DNA of 50,176 nt from Perkinsela sp. CCAP 1560/9 (GCA_965644495.1 CBFFSA010000058.1:1-50176), one strand, 5' to 3'. Positions 10,290 to 22,636 are shown, numbered from the stretch's first letter. The notes: generated from the sequence alone by a model not told the origin. Translations and numbers: made by a program.

Positions 10290-12724
10290 ACATGTAATCA
10301 TGGATGGGGTGATCTCTCATGATGATAATGTGGTTAAAAAAGCAATTAAGGATTTTTGGGAGGGTCTTCTCAGCACAGAAAGACCATATAACAAAGATTC
10401 TCTTGATGAACTGATTGCTGACCACCAACCTCATTTCCTCCCAGTTGAGAAACATAATGTGGACAGGAAGAAAGTCAATAAACTACTTCAGAGAACCAAC
10501 AACACCAGCACAGGACCTGATGGTATTCCCTTCTCTTTGTATAAGGCAACACAAGAGAAGTACTTTGATATGTGGGTAAAACTAATTCAACAAGCAGGTG
10601 AGGTTATGGATTTTCAGGAGATCAATTGATGAAGCAGTAAAATCAGTATATGACTCTTTTTACAAAGCTTTGGCAGAGGGGAAAGATGTGACTCTCCTCC
10701 AAACAGACTTTTGCAAGGCATATGATTATGTGAATTGTGATGCACTCCTTTATATTCTCAAAGGTTTGAACACCCCCCTCAAGCAATCTATGTTGTTGAG
10801 AAAGTCCTTTGTGAATATGTAACCTGGCTGCCAAATATTGGTGGATCTAAGAGGGCAGGCACCAAAGAATCAATTCAAAGATGGACAGGAGTTAGACAAG
10901 GATGCTCAATCTCCCCTCTATTGTTTGTGATTGTGTTTGACATCTTCCTTGTGAGTTTGAAGAAGAAACACAACCCCCAAGATCTGCCAGGCTTTATGGA
11001 TGATTTGAGGATGGTGCTTTAGTGAGCTGAAACCATCAATTCTCTCACTCCAACCTTTAAGAAATATGAAGAAGTGACTGGAGCTAAACTGAACTTTAAT
11101 AAGTGCTTTGACCTCTCAACTGAGTCTTACAAACCAGTAGGCCCCTGGTCTGAGATGGCAAGACCCAATTACTGTGGTGATGAAACTGGAAGTGAGATTG
11201 AGTAAATGGTTATTTCCTCTCAAAGATTGGAAAAAGGTGGTTGTGCACAGGGTGCTAGTTTAGCCCCAGGGGAATTCAGTGAAAGATGAAGCTCAAAAAG
11301 GAGAAGAATTATGAACTTGTAGAGTTCAGATATTAGCTGAAGAAGAGAAAGAGAAAGAAACTCACTTGGGAGTTTTAGAATAAAAAAAGTGCTTGAAGAC
11401 CATTCTTGAGTCCATTGTTTTCTGTGTGTCAGAGTGACTGTGTGTTTGGTGTGGAGTCAGGAGGTCATTCACTGTGGTCTAAAAGATGAAGAAAGTTGAA
11501 ACAGCAATTAAAAAGAGAGGTGGGAATTTTTGCTCAAGAGTGAAGATGGTCAATACCTATCTAACTCCATGTATGGAATACTTAGTGAGATTCAAGTTGA
11601 TCCTAAAATCTGTCACCTCTTTGATGTGGAAATCCATCTGCTTAGCCCTGGGTGCCATGCCAACACTAAAACCTCTGTTCTTACTTTATGCTATCCCCTT
11701 TGGACTCAAATCCTCAACTACACCACTCCATTGTTTTTAATTAGGCTCTTTTCACCTCTTGTCCACCAATAAGGAGTGACTATCAGAGTCCTCTCTCCAT
11801 TGGAGCTATGCAGAAGGATGCTTTCATTGCAGCCCAAAGCCTTTCTTCCAAAGTTGTGTTTGGCCAGGCCACTTGTGTTGTATATACCAATATGTCTCAA
11901 ATAATTTCAATTGAAATCAAAGACTTGTATGTGGGGGAAGGAAGAGCTGAGTGTGTGGTGTACAACTTGACTCATGCAATTAGACCTCAGCTCAAGAGGA
12001 ATTTACTTAAATTTCTAATAAAAGAGCTATCTACAAGAAACAAGTTGTCTCACTTCTCAAACTAAGATTCAAGTTGTTGCTTAGCTGCCACTGAGAAAAG
12101 GAGTTATGATTTCATCTATTGGAAAAATGTTCTGTGGCTGAGGGTCTTCTTTAAGCAAGGGGAAGGAAATGTATTTTGCTGAAAGTACTCAACTGGCAAG
12201 AAACTAAGAGTGTGTGGCCTTGTCTCAAAGTATCTTACCAGGCAAGAAACCTCTGTGGTGAGTGCTGCCCTGCTGAGTTTGTAGCTCACAGTGTGTGCAA
12301 AAGGAACTAAATCAGCCTAATATACTAAAAAAATTTTTAGAAAAATCTTAAGAAAGAATAAAATCCTCCTTTGGCCTCTAAGGACTCAAACCAAGAAAGA
12401 ATTAAAGAAAAGAAAAGTTTTAAATTCAAAGGTTTTTTAATGTTTTATAATGGTTCAGGACATACAAACCCTCATTTAGAGGGTGTAGGTTTTGCAGTTT
12501 TCAGGAAAGAAAGAGAGATATGTGGTGGGTTTGAAACCATTTCTTTTGGTTTTAACAATATTGGTGAATTTACAGGCTGTTTGAGAGGGATACAAAATGT
12601 TAAATCAATGATAAAAGAGATTATGATTGTTGAAGATTGTATAATTCTTACCAAGATAATGTTCAAAACCCATACTAGAAAAAATTATACTTTAAATGAA
12701 TTACTTTGTGAAATTACAAGTTAA
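10290..12724 (+). mobile_element. Non-LTR retrotransposon (L1/Tx1-like RT) pseudogene with C-terminal RNase H
   Basis: STGPDGIPFSLYK, QTDFCKAYDYVN, GVRQGCSISPLLF, GFMDDL, TGAKLNFNKC, RVKMVNTYL; RNase H-like FYNGSGHTNP...GFNNIGEFTGCLRG...IVEDC; internal deletion and stops. Confidence 0.88.
11242..11473 (+). mobile_element. 232-bp solo-LTR-like insertion with 5-bp TSD GTGGT
   Basis: Reverse-complement match to 45885-46116; TSD at 11237-11241 and 11474-11478; removal restores the LINE frame KDWKKVV*KMKKVE; contains AATAAA. Confidence 0.88.
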
Positions 12725-13914
12725 GGCTTGAAGGTTTGTAACACTATAAGTAAAACAACTATTTAAGATAAGAAAAGCTTTGGTATTATCTTTGAACTCT
12801 AAAAATCAACATCTTATAATCACTTTTAGAACAAAAATTTTATCAATTCAATAAGAAAATAACTTATTATTGATATTTGGTGATGAAAATGATATTACAT
12901 AACACCACTCATTCACTGAGAGATTATACATTACCTCTAAGTTTGAAACAAAGGATATTGTTTTGATAATTGTAAAAATTGAAAGATTCCATCCAATAAT
13001 ACCAACTATGAGCATTAAAGTGATATAGAATTCATTTCAAGAGGAACAATATCTATGAGAGCAATTATGTATTAAAACAACTTTGAGTTTTTTAGTATCT
13101 TTTTTGTAATTAAAATCAGTTTCATTAATATTCATGATCAATTGAAAGTGAGCAGCATCAATCTTTTCTTGCAATTCTTTTACATTTTGTTTCAGCTTTT
13201 CTTCAAACAAACTGCATCTCTCTGCCTCAAGTGGCTCTAAATCAATAAGAAAAAGTTGTTTTTCACTCTAAACAAAGAAATAAATCCAAGTGAAAAAGAT
13301 TGCTTTTAAGAAAGTGGTATTAATCCAATCTTTGAGGGTGGTTTGGATCAATGAAACTTGGTTTCCATTACATTTTTACATATATTTAACAATTTTATCA
13401 ATTTGAAAAGGTTCAATCTTTGTAAAGTGTTTTCACATCTTTGATTTCACTCTAAAAAGCAGGTTACCCCAGGTTTTGGAAAGTTTTCTGTTTTGTTGTT
13501 AGTCAATTTGAAAAAAACAACTCACATTTGTAAAAGTTATTATTTATTCTTTTTCATTTGGACTATTAAGAATTAATTTTTTATAAAAACAATAATATTA
13601 CTTTATTAAAGTTTAACAAAGAGTTAACTTTTCTTATTCAAAGGTTTTAGAAAAAAAAATGTATTCATGAACTAGAAGTTTTAAATTTTACAATGAAATT
13701 ACTTCAACAAGAAGAGCAAAAGATTTTTTTTTTTTTATAAAAGAAGATAATAGATTCTTGTATATGAGTTTAGGTGAAATGAAGCAATTAAACAAAAACC
13801 AACAAAAACAAACAAAAAACTAAAATCAATTTCAGAAACAAAATTAATTTTCTTTATTTGGCTAAAAAAAAAATATTTTTCTCAATTTGATTTTTATATT
13901 TTTGAAAAAAATAA

Positions 13915-14985
13915 GATTTTAAATATTCAAAAAAGAGAATCAGAAAATAAATTAAGAAATTACATTCAATATGGAGACATAATTAAGAAATTGAAATTAC
14001 AAAAAATTAATATAAAAAAAAGAAAATAAAAAATAAATCAAATACATCAATTCAAAACAATTAAGAAATTTGATTGAATCAACTTAAAAAATATCATAGA
14101 TCTGAAATATAAATTCTAAAAATATCAGAGAATCAGAAAATAAATTAAGGAATTGCATTCAATATGGAGACATAATTAAGAAATTGAAATTACAAAAAAA
14201 TAATATGAAAAAAATGAAATAAAAAATAAATCAAATACATCAATTCAAAACAATTAAGAAATTTTATTGAACCAACTTAAAAAATATCACAGATCTGAAA
14301 TATAAGTTCTAAAAATATCAGAGAATCAGAAAATAAATTAAGAAATTACATTCAATATGAAGACATAATTAAGAAATTGAAATTACAAAAAATTAATATA
14401 AAAAAAAGAAAATAAAAAATAAATCAAATACATCAATTCAAAACAATTAAGAAATTTGATTGAATCAACTTAAAAAATATCATAGATCTGAAATATAAAT
14501 TCTAAAAATATCAGAGAATCAGAAAATAAATTAAGGAATTGCATTCAATATGGAGACATAATTAAGAAATTGAAATTACAAAAAAATAATATGAAAAAAA
14601 TGAAATAAAAAATAAATCAAATACATCAATTCAAAACAATTAAGAAATTTTATTGAACCAACTTAAAAAATATCATAGATCTGAAAAATAAGTTCTAAAA
14701 ATATCAGAGAATCAGAAAATAAATTAAAGAATTGCATTCAATATAGAAACATAATTAAGAAATTGAAATTACAAAAAATTAATGTAAAAAAAAGAAAATA
14801 AAAAATAAATCAAATACATCAATTCAAAACAATTAAGAAATTTGATTGAACCAACTTAAAAAATATTTTTAAAATAAAAAATAAATTTAAAAAATATTAC
14901 AAAATCAGAAAATAAATTAAAACATTTTATTCAATATAGAAATATAATTAAGAAATTGAAATTACAAAAAAATAATATAAAAAAA
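13915..14985. repeat. AT-rich satellite, 193-bp monomer, ~5.5 copies, A/B dimeric higher-order structure
   Basis: GAGAATCAG recurs at 13935, 14128, 14321, 14514 and 14707, with a degenerate copy at ~14900. Units 1/3 and 2/4 share diagnostic variants. Confidence 0.95.
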
Positions 14986-14999
14986 ATTACTTTTAATCA

Positions 15000-16760
15000 T
15001 TTCTTATTGATTCTCTATTTCAAATATCCAAGTAAAAGAGGGCAAACAACTCCACACAAACATTTCATAATGATGTAAGTTTTGATAACAGACCAAACTA
15101 TTGTATGAATAAACTAAAAACTGATTTGAGTAGAGAGGTGTGAGGTAGTGAATAAAATTATATTGTACTGCTCAAATAGAATGCTTATACTTGTTTAATA
15201 AAGTTGATGCAAGTTTTTCAAGTTGATACAGGAAGTGTGAAAAAGAGTGAATATTTTTTACTCTTGTTGGAGCCTTCATTGATAAGTCAGATTTACCACC
15301 ACAATCAAAACTACCATTATCAATAACTTATTCAACTCAAAAAGACAGATTTTTGATTAGTGCCTTTCAAAAAGCTTCTTTAACAAGATCACATTTATAG
15401 GCATGGCAACCAAAAATCTGAAAGACTTTTCTAGCCATTTGATTCAATTCTTCAATTGCTGCTGCTAGGTTTGAAGGAGTATGATCCCCCATTACAGATC
15501 CAAAGGAAGAGAGGTTCAAAGAATCTAAAAAGGACTAGACTTCAGGGAATTTCTTTGCCAGATTTTGTAGACCATTTAAAAGAGAAAAATTATTCTTTGC
15601 AATTGACAAGGCATCATGATCAACTGCTTCTTGAATACTCAAATTAACATGCCCACCTTCACCCTGGATACCAACAGAAAGAAGATTTCATCTTTGTGAT
15701 GAATTTCCATCATGAGAGAAAGTTGGGGATTTTAGTTCTTGGATCAGTAGTGCTTCTAATTTTAATTGAATGCTGTCTTCACAACAAATCTGTTGGATTG
15801 TGGTTGATGATGAAAGAGTAAGGTCTTTTTCTAAAAAAATTCAGAAAAATTCTCAAATTGCAGAAGAAATATTTCTCTGGACCATCTCAAAGGAAAAAAG
15901 AGAACAAATCAAATTGTGAACTTTTTGAGAAAATTGCAATCTACCAGCACCAAGTTCAAGAGTTCTTACCTGCTCTTTCATTTCTTCTTTTTCTTTTTCA
16001 TTGTTCTCCTTGTCCTCTTTAGTTTTCTTTGCAAGAGCAAGGAGGTTATGAAATGAAATTTCCTTAGAAAGATCAATCAAATGATGAACTTTTATCAACA
16101 AAAAGATCAAGATTATTAAATGCTTTGATGTGTGGTGGGCAGCAAATAAAATAATCACAAGCAGGTTGGCTTTCCTTGTTTCAATCATGACCACTTCATA
16201 AACCACCAGAAAATTCCCCACCACTTCCACAAAAGCAGATTGCCCAACTTTATCAAAGAATTTGGGGGTCAATAAAGAAAAACAACCATTTTCATTCAAA
16301 ACAAAATGTTCAACAACAATTCACAATTTTCAGTGTTTCAATCATTGGTTCCAGGAGGTGAGTCCTTCTCTAATAATTTTTCAATCTAAAGCCTTTTCTA
16401 ATTGTCTTCACCATTTCTCCTCAAACAAGGAAGGAACAGCAATGAATGGTCCAGCATAAGTCATTGCTTTGTGGTTTGGTCCTTGACAATATTCACACTC
16501 AGCTTGCACTACTTTCAAGAATCACTTCTTTATGGGTTTCATGAGTCTTTTTTCAAAAAAAAAAAAGATCAGTTTCAAGAAGAGGGTCTTTGAATTCAAA
16601 ATCCAAAAGAATTTTGGGGATTGAAAGAAATACCTGCCTTAATCAGAGTTGTACAACAATTTTTTTGAGCAATTTCAAGGGCCAGAACAATTCAACTCCA
16701 AAACAAAAGAACAAAAAAAGAAAAAAATCTTTGTCATGGCACTACCTGCACAACTTTGGG
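15000..16760 (-). pseudogene. Older, decayed member of the hAT-like transposase family at 43655-47566
   Basis: CEYCQGPNHKAMTYAGPFIAVP..EKW*RQLEKAL..SWNQ*L..IVVEHF; SHDGNSS; SFGSVMGDHT..N; FGCHAYK; PLYSNQFLVYSYNSL. These align block by block with the 44-47 kb transposase. Confidence 0.85.
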
Positions 16761-17558
16761 CATGTTTGCACTCTAGAAAGAGAGAAAGAGTGGTGGTGAG
16801 AAAGAGAGAAAGGAGAGACAAAAGAAAAACAAAGAATTCAAAAATCCCAAAAGAGAGAAGAAGAATGAAAGAGAAAGAAAAGAAAAACAAAAACAAAGTG
16901 AAAAAGACAAAAAGACAAAAAAAAAAAGGAGGGAAGGGAGGAAAGGAAAAAAAAAAAAGAGAGATTTCAAAAGAAAAAGAAAAAAAAAAAAGAGAAAAAA
17001 AAAAGACTTTTTCCCCCTTGAAAAACAACAAACAACAAACCACAAACCAACCACACCACCAATCACTTCCCACTTCATTCGAATCAATACTCACTCTCCC
17101 CTCTTCCTCTCAAACCCCACCTTCAAAAGCTCTGCTCCCCACCCCTGATGTAACAACAGATTTTCAAGATTGCCATGGCCATGCCTCTCGATCTTGGGCA
17201 CCCTCAAACCAGATAGCACAGAAAACTTTCGGTTCCCAAAACTTCACTTGGGCCAAGTGGAGAAAGAGTCACAGCCAAGAAGGAGAGCAAGAGAAAGAAA
17301 AAGAAGGAAAAAAAGAAGAGGTCAGAGAAAGAGAAAAGGAAGGAAAAAGACAAAGAGAACCCCAAAAAAGCGAGAGAGCAGGAGCAGAAACAATGAAGAA
17401 AGAGAGAAAAGAAAGGAAGAGAATGAAAAGAAAAAGAAAATAGAGGAGGAAAAAAAACAGAAAGGAAAAAGAATGGAAAAAAAGAGGAAGAAAGAGAAAA
17501 ATCAGAAAAAGAAAAGAATGAAAGAAACAGAAAAGAAAGAGAAAAAGAACTAAATCGA

Positions 17559-20390
17559 ATGGACAATCCTCAGGCCCAAAAGACAACTTCACATCCTCCA
17601 AAATTCCTTGGCAATTGCTTGTACCAAAGATGCAGAGGCCAACACCAAAAAGTAATAGTCTCCCGATGTGAGAAGTGCCTCCTTACATTCTGCTCCTTTT
17701 CCCACCACAGGAAGTCACAAACTCTCTGTCACCCTCTTCCTCCTCCCCCCCCCCAACCTCTCCCATCCCTAACCTCCCCTCCCTGCTCTCCCTCCAATCC
17801 CTCCTCCCACCCTCCCTCCCCAATTCCCTCCCACCCTCCCTCCCCACTCCCCTCCCCCACTCCCTATCCCTCTCTGCATCTCAATTTTAATCCTGATCTC
17901 GATCCCTCCAGCACCCCTCCCCCTTCATGTAACAACCCTGAATGCAATGGTAAAGCAGAAGTTGGCTCCCACATCTCCTGTAACCACTGCCAAATGCATT
18001 ATTGTTCAACACAATGCCACAACAGCACAGAAAACCATCCCATCACCCCTTTTCCTCCTCCCCCATCTCACCCCTCACCTCACACACCTCTCCACCCTCC
18101 TTCCCATCCACCTCATTTGCCCCCCCCCCAAGCCCACCTCACCACCTCCCTTCCCACACCCCCTCTCACTCCCCTCTCACTCCCCCTCCCCAACAACTTT
18201 CCCACCGCCCTTCTTCTCATGGCCCACCTTCTTTTCAACAAACTCCTCCCTCCCTCTCCCTTATCCTTGAACTCTTCGAAAATGGCTCCTATGAAGATAT
18301 AGTCTTAACTGTCCCCCGCTTCAGAAACTTGGATCGCGCAAGAACAAGCTCCCTCCAAACATGCAGAGCTCGTGACCTCCTTGGACTTGGAATCAACCAC
18401 TTCTTTGATGGCCAACACCATTCTCTCCTCAGATTTCAAAAATGCTCAACAAACAAAGCAAGATGAGATATCGTCCCCCTTCTCTTGAATCGCAAGTAGC
18501 ACGGGGAGAATAGCCTTTCTCCTACAGTTCTGGCAACACTGGAAACCTGCACCACAGCCTCCCAAAATCTCGCTCACAAATGTCAAAGACAACTTCTTTT
18601 TCATCTGTGGGGATGGATCTGTTGCTACCAACCCAAATGGATGGTGCGTTGGAAGCTCATCACTCTGTGTCATTCGTGAGAACAAGGAAATTGTCCACTC
18701 TCTCATCCATTCTCCCAAGCCCTGAAAACCATATTAACTGGAGAAACCACGAGAACAACTCTTTGGCAGATAGGATCACAAGTTTAGCAGTACACAGAGG
18801 ATGCCCTGACAACACCTGGAGAATCACACCCATCCTCAACCCAGACCCACAACACATCCAACAACTCTTCTTCAATCATGGGCGCTCTACAACCCTTCCT
18901 CATGGAAGCAAAGAAGAGGCTGCAATGAACTTCATCCTCTCTCTTGAAGGAGACTCCTTCTCAAAACACATCCCCCTCCGCTACATGGACTCAGTACCAC
19001 TCTGCCTTCGTGATACAGTCATCAAAACTTTTTGTGCTGTATGACACCTCTTTCATAAGATACCCCAACTCCTGATCCTCCTCCCAAAATGGATCATTGG
19101 CTGCCTTAGAAGGAGTACTCGAGGAATGAAAGAAGTGAAATCTTGATGCACCATGGTGCGAAATTTTGAGTGGGAGAGACTCCACAAAAAACTCGAGGGC
19201 AAGCTCAGCAAACTCAAGCAAAAGAGGAGGCAGAAGTCCACCAAGAAAACCAAGGCAGACCAGATTATTGAAGAGGTCAGAAAAGGACATCTCTCCAAAG
19301 CTGCAAGGAAGCTTCAATCCAAGAGTGGATTCAGGGATCTCTCAGTCCCAGAAAATCGTGAAACTGCGAAGAACCTCTACCCAAGATCTGAGCAGGCGTG
19401 GACTCCACCAGATGGAGAAGAAATTCCTGACTGGAAACCAGCAATCCTTGAACAAGATGAGTTTCAGTCCTTTGACTCACTTGATCTGGCCCTTCGGAGA
19501 CTTCCAAAAGGCCGCACACCAGGGCTCTCAGGAATGTCTTATGAGTTTGTCACACTCCTATGCACAGACCGAGAACTCTGCTCAACCCTCAAAGAATTGA
19601 CTGTCTTAATCACCAACCAAAAACTCAATGAAACCATACACAACATCATGGCAACCTCTCTCTTCATTCCTCTGGCAAAAGGGTCCAGCAAGGAGATCCC
19701 CTCGGGACAATTTTCTTTTGTCTGGGATTTCATGGAATCCTCAATCCAATCTTTCAGAAGGTTGATGCTCCACCGAATGCACTTCTTCTTCTCCTCTTTG
19801 TCGATGATATATTTGTTTGTGGGAGCCCAGTTGCCATTGCAGAAATCACCACTCAGATCCAGAGTGTCCTCCCAAATGCCAACCTCAAACTTGGCACAGA
19901 AAGGGGCAAAATGGTCTGTTTCTCTCCCGAAGCGCCCAGGAGCAATGACCTCAAAAATCTTGGCATTGGGAAGGCGGAAGTAATCACAGTTCTAGGGTCA
20001 CCCATCGGGCTGAACTCAAATTTCCAAGTGGCTTCACACCCTTGCTCAAGAATACCAACAAGCATCGCAAGACCACTGTTTAATAATGTTCTCCAACCCC
20101 CATGAAAGTCTTGAGCTTTTTGTTAAAACCATCACACCCAAACTAACATACATCTGTTGCACAACACCTCTCTCTTTAACCCCTTTCCAAGACTTCATCA
20201 AGCAAACCACTACAACAAACATCAATTACCTCCTCAACCCCCTCCAAGTCCCCCACCTGCATCCAAACAAAGAACTCCATCTCTCTCAAGTAGAAGCTGC
20301 AGGCCTTCCAAAGTCAAAAGGTGGTGGTGGCTTGAGCTACTCTCAGAACACCCACCAAGCAGCCTTCCTTGGCTCCTGGATCTCAGTCTA
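17559..20390 (+). mobile_element. CRE-like (RLE-class) non-LTR retrotransposon pseudogene
   Basis: GHLSKAARKL, RTPGLSGMSYE, FIPLAK then deletion to VQQGDPLGTIFFC, LFVDDIFVCG, VLGSPIG, LPKSKGGGGL; N-terminal Cys/His clusters separated by Pro-rich linkers; 3' end with the endonuclease missing. Confidence 0.8.
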
Positions 20391-21064
20391 CCAAAGAGAG
20401 AAAACCCGATCAAAAAAGGGAAGAAAGGGGAACAAGAAAAAGGGGAACAAGAAAAAGAGGAACAAAAAAAAGAGAAAAAGTGAGAAAGTGAAAAAGTGAA
20501 AAAAAAGAGAAGAGATAAAAGTGAAAAAGAGAAGAAAAAACAGAAAAGTAAAGAAATAAAAAAAATAAAGAGAGAACCCATTCCGGTCCCATTCATAAAG
20601 GGCAAAAAAGTTCGAGAAAGAGGAAAGAAAAAAAGAGAGAAAAAAGAAAAAAAGAGAGAAAAAAGAAAAAGAGAGAGAAAAAAGAAAAAGAGAGAGAAAA
20701 GAAAAAAGAGAGAGAAAAGAAAAAAGAAAAAGAGAGAGAAAAGAAAAAGAGAAGAGAGAGAAGAGAAAAGGCAAAACAAAACCAATGAGGCCAGAAAAAT
20801 TATGAACCCTAAAATCTTTTTTTTTGGTGCTAAAATAAACCAGCGTTGAAAAAATATTTTACAAGGAAATTTTGATGAGAATTTTTTTTTCAATGCCCTG
20901 AAAAACCTTTGCAATTGCGCTCCTTTCCCTTGGCAACCCGGTGAGAGAGAGGAAAGAGCGAAAGGAGAAGAAAAGAGGAAAGAGAAAAAGAAAAGAAAGA
21001 AAGAGAAATTAAAAAAAGAATTAACTTAAAAAAAAAAGAACTAAAAAAAAAGGGAAAGAGGAAG

Positions 21065-21260
21065 AAGGAGAGAAGGAGGGAAGAAGGAGGGAAGAAGGAG
21101 GGAAGAAGGAGGGAAGAGGGAGGGAAGAGGGAGGGAAGAAGGAGGGAAGAAGGAGGGAAGAAGGAGGGAAGAAGGAGGGAAGAGGGAGGGAAGAGGGAGG
21201 GAAGAAGGAGGGAAGAGGGAGGGAAGAAGGAGGGAAGAGGGAGGGAAGAGGGAGGGAAGG
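21065..21260. repeat. 11-bp purine minisatellite (GGAGGGAAGAR)n
   Basis: Direct reading, roughly 17 copies. Confidence 0.9.
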
Positions 21261-22636
21261 TAAGGAAGGAGGAAAGGTTGGGGAAGGTTGGGAAGAGGTG
21301 GGTGAAGTATGTTCTTGAGGTTTATTCTTTTTTCTTTCTCTTTTCTTTTTGTTTTTGTTTTTTTTTGTTTTTTTTTTTGTTTTTTTTCGATTTTTCTTTT
21401 TTTTTTTGTTTTTTCTTCTTTATCATTTTCCTCTTTATCTTTTTCCTCTTTTTAATCTTTTCCCCTCTCTTCTCTTTTTCTCCCTTTTTCCTTCTCTCTT
21501 TCTTTTCTCTTTCTTTTCTCTTTCTTTCTTCATTGGTTTTTTTTTTCTTTTTTTCTTTTGTTTTTTTGTTTTTTTTCTTTTTTTTCTTTGTTTTTTTTTC
21601 TTTTGTTTTTTCTTTTTTTCTTTTTTTTTTGTGTGTTTTTCCTTTTTTTTTCTTTTCTTTTCTTTTCTTTTATCTTTTGTTTTTTGTCTTCTTTATCTTT
21701 TATCTTTCCTCTTTTTAATCTTTCTCCCCCCCTCTTCTCTTTTCTCCTCTTTCCCCTCTTTCTCCTTCTCTTTTCTTTTCTTTCCTTCTCTTTCTTTCCT
21801 TTTAAAACAGTGAAGTCGTTGAATTAGAAAAGAGTGAAATCACGTATCAAAAAAGATCCTTTTTCTTCACAGTTTTTTTCTTTTCTTTTCTTTTTTTTCT
21901 TTTTTTTTTTCTTTTTTCTTTTTTTTTCTCTTTTTTTTCTCTTTTTTCTTTCTTTTCTGTCTTTGTTTTTCTTTTTTTCTTTTCCTTCTTTTTTTTTTCT
22001 TTTTCCTTTTCCTTTTTTTTCCTTTTTTTTCCTTTTCTTTTCTTTTCTTTTTTGTTTTTTTTTGTTGTTTTTTTTTCCTTTTTTTTCCTTTTCCTCCTCT
22101 TTCTCCTTTCTTTTCTTGACAAAGCGAAAATAAAAAGAAAATTGTTGGTTCTCTTTTTTCTCTTTCTCTTTTCCCTCTTCCTTTCCTTTTTTTTCCTTTT
22201 CCTTTTTTCTTTTTCTTTTTTCTTTCTTTTTTTCTTTTTTTCTTCTCTTTGTTTCTTTTATCTTTTCTTTTTTTCTCTTTTTTTTTCTTTTTTCTTTCTT
22301 TTTTCTTTTTTTGTTTTCCTTTTCTTTTTTTCTTTTCTTTTTTTTTTCTTTTCTTTTTCTTTTTTTTCTTTTTTTTTCTTTTTTTTCTTTTGTTTTTATT
22401 TATTTTTTTGTTTATTTTTCTCTTTTTTTTTTTCTTTTCCCTTTCCTTTCCCTTTTCTTTTTTTTTTCTTTCTTTTTTTTTCCTTTCTGTTTTCTTTCTT
22501 TTTTTCATTTTTTTTTGTTCAAAAGATTCGAAAAATCGCAAATGAAAAAGAGAGAAGTTGCCACACAAATTCAAAGTTGGATAAGGAGGGCAAAGAGAAG
22601 AGAGACCAAACAACACAAAAGAGGATTATTTCGTGA
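21260..22636 (+). CDS. Putative micro-exon gene (hypothetical charged/coiled-coil protein, 3' part)
   Basis: GT-AG joins 21306|21811, 21843|22125 and 22146|22526 give the open frame WVNEVVELEKSEITENKKKLLIRKIANEKER...RIIS*; introns are T-rich. Confidence 0.3.

Noticed and set aside
16300-16530. TGA reassignment (alternative genetic code)
   Set aside because: TGAs align with Arg in the homolog and co-occur with frameshifts and CpG loss, so CGA->TGA decay explains them
22550-22595. IQ-motif-like VATQIQSWIRR
   Set aside because: Single short match in a frame not supported by the in-phase splice model; probably chance
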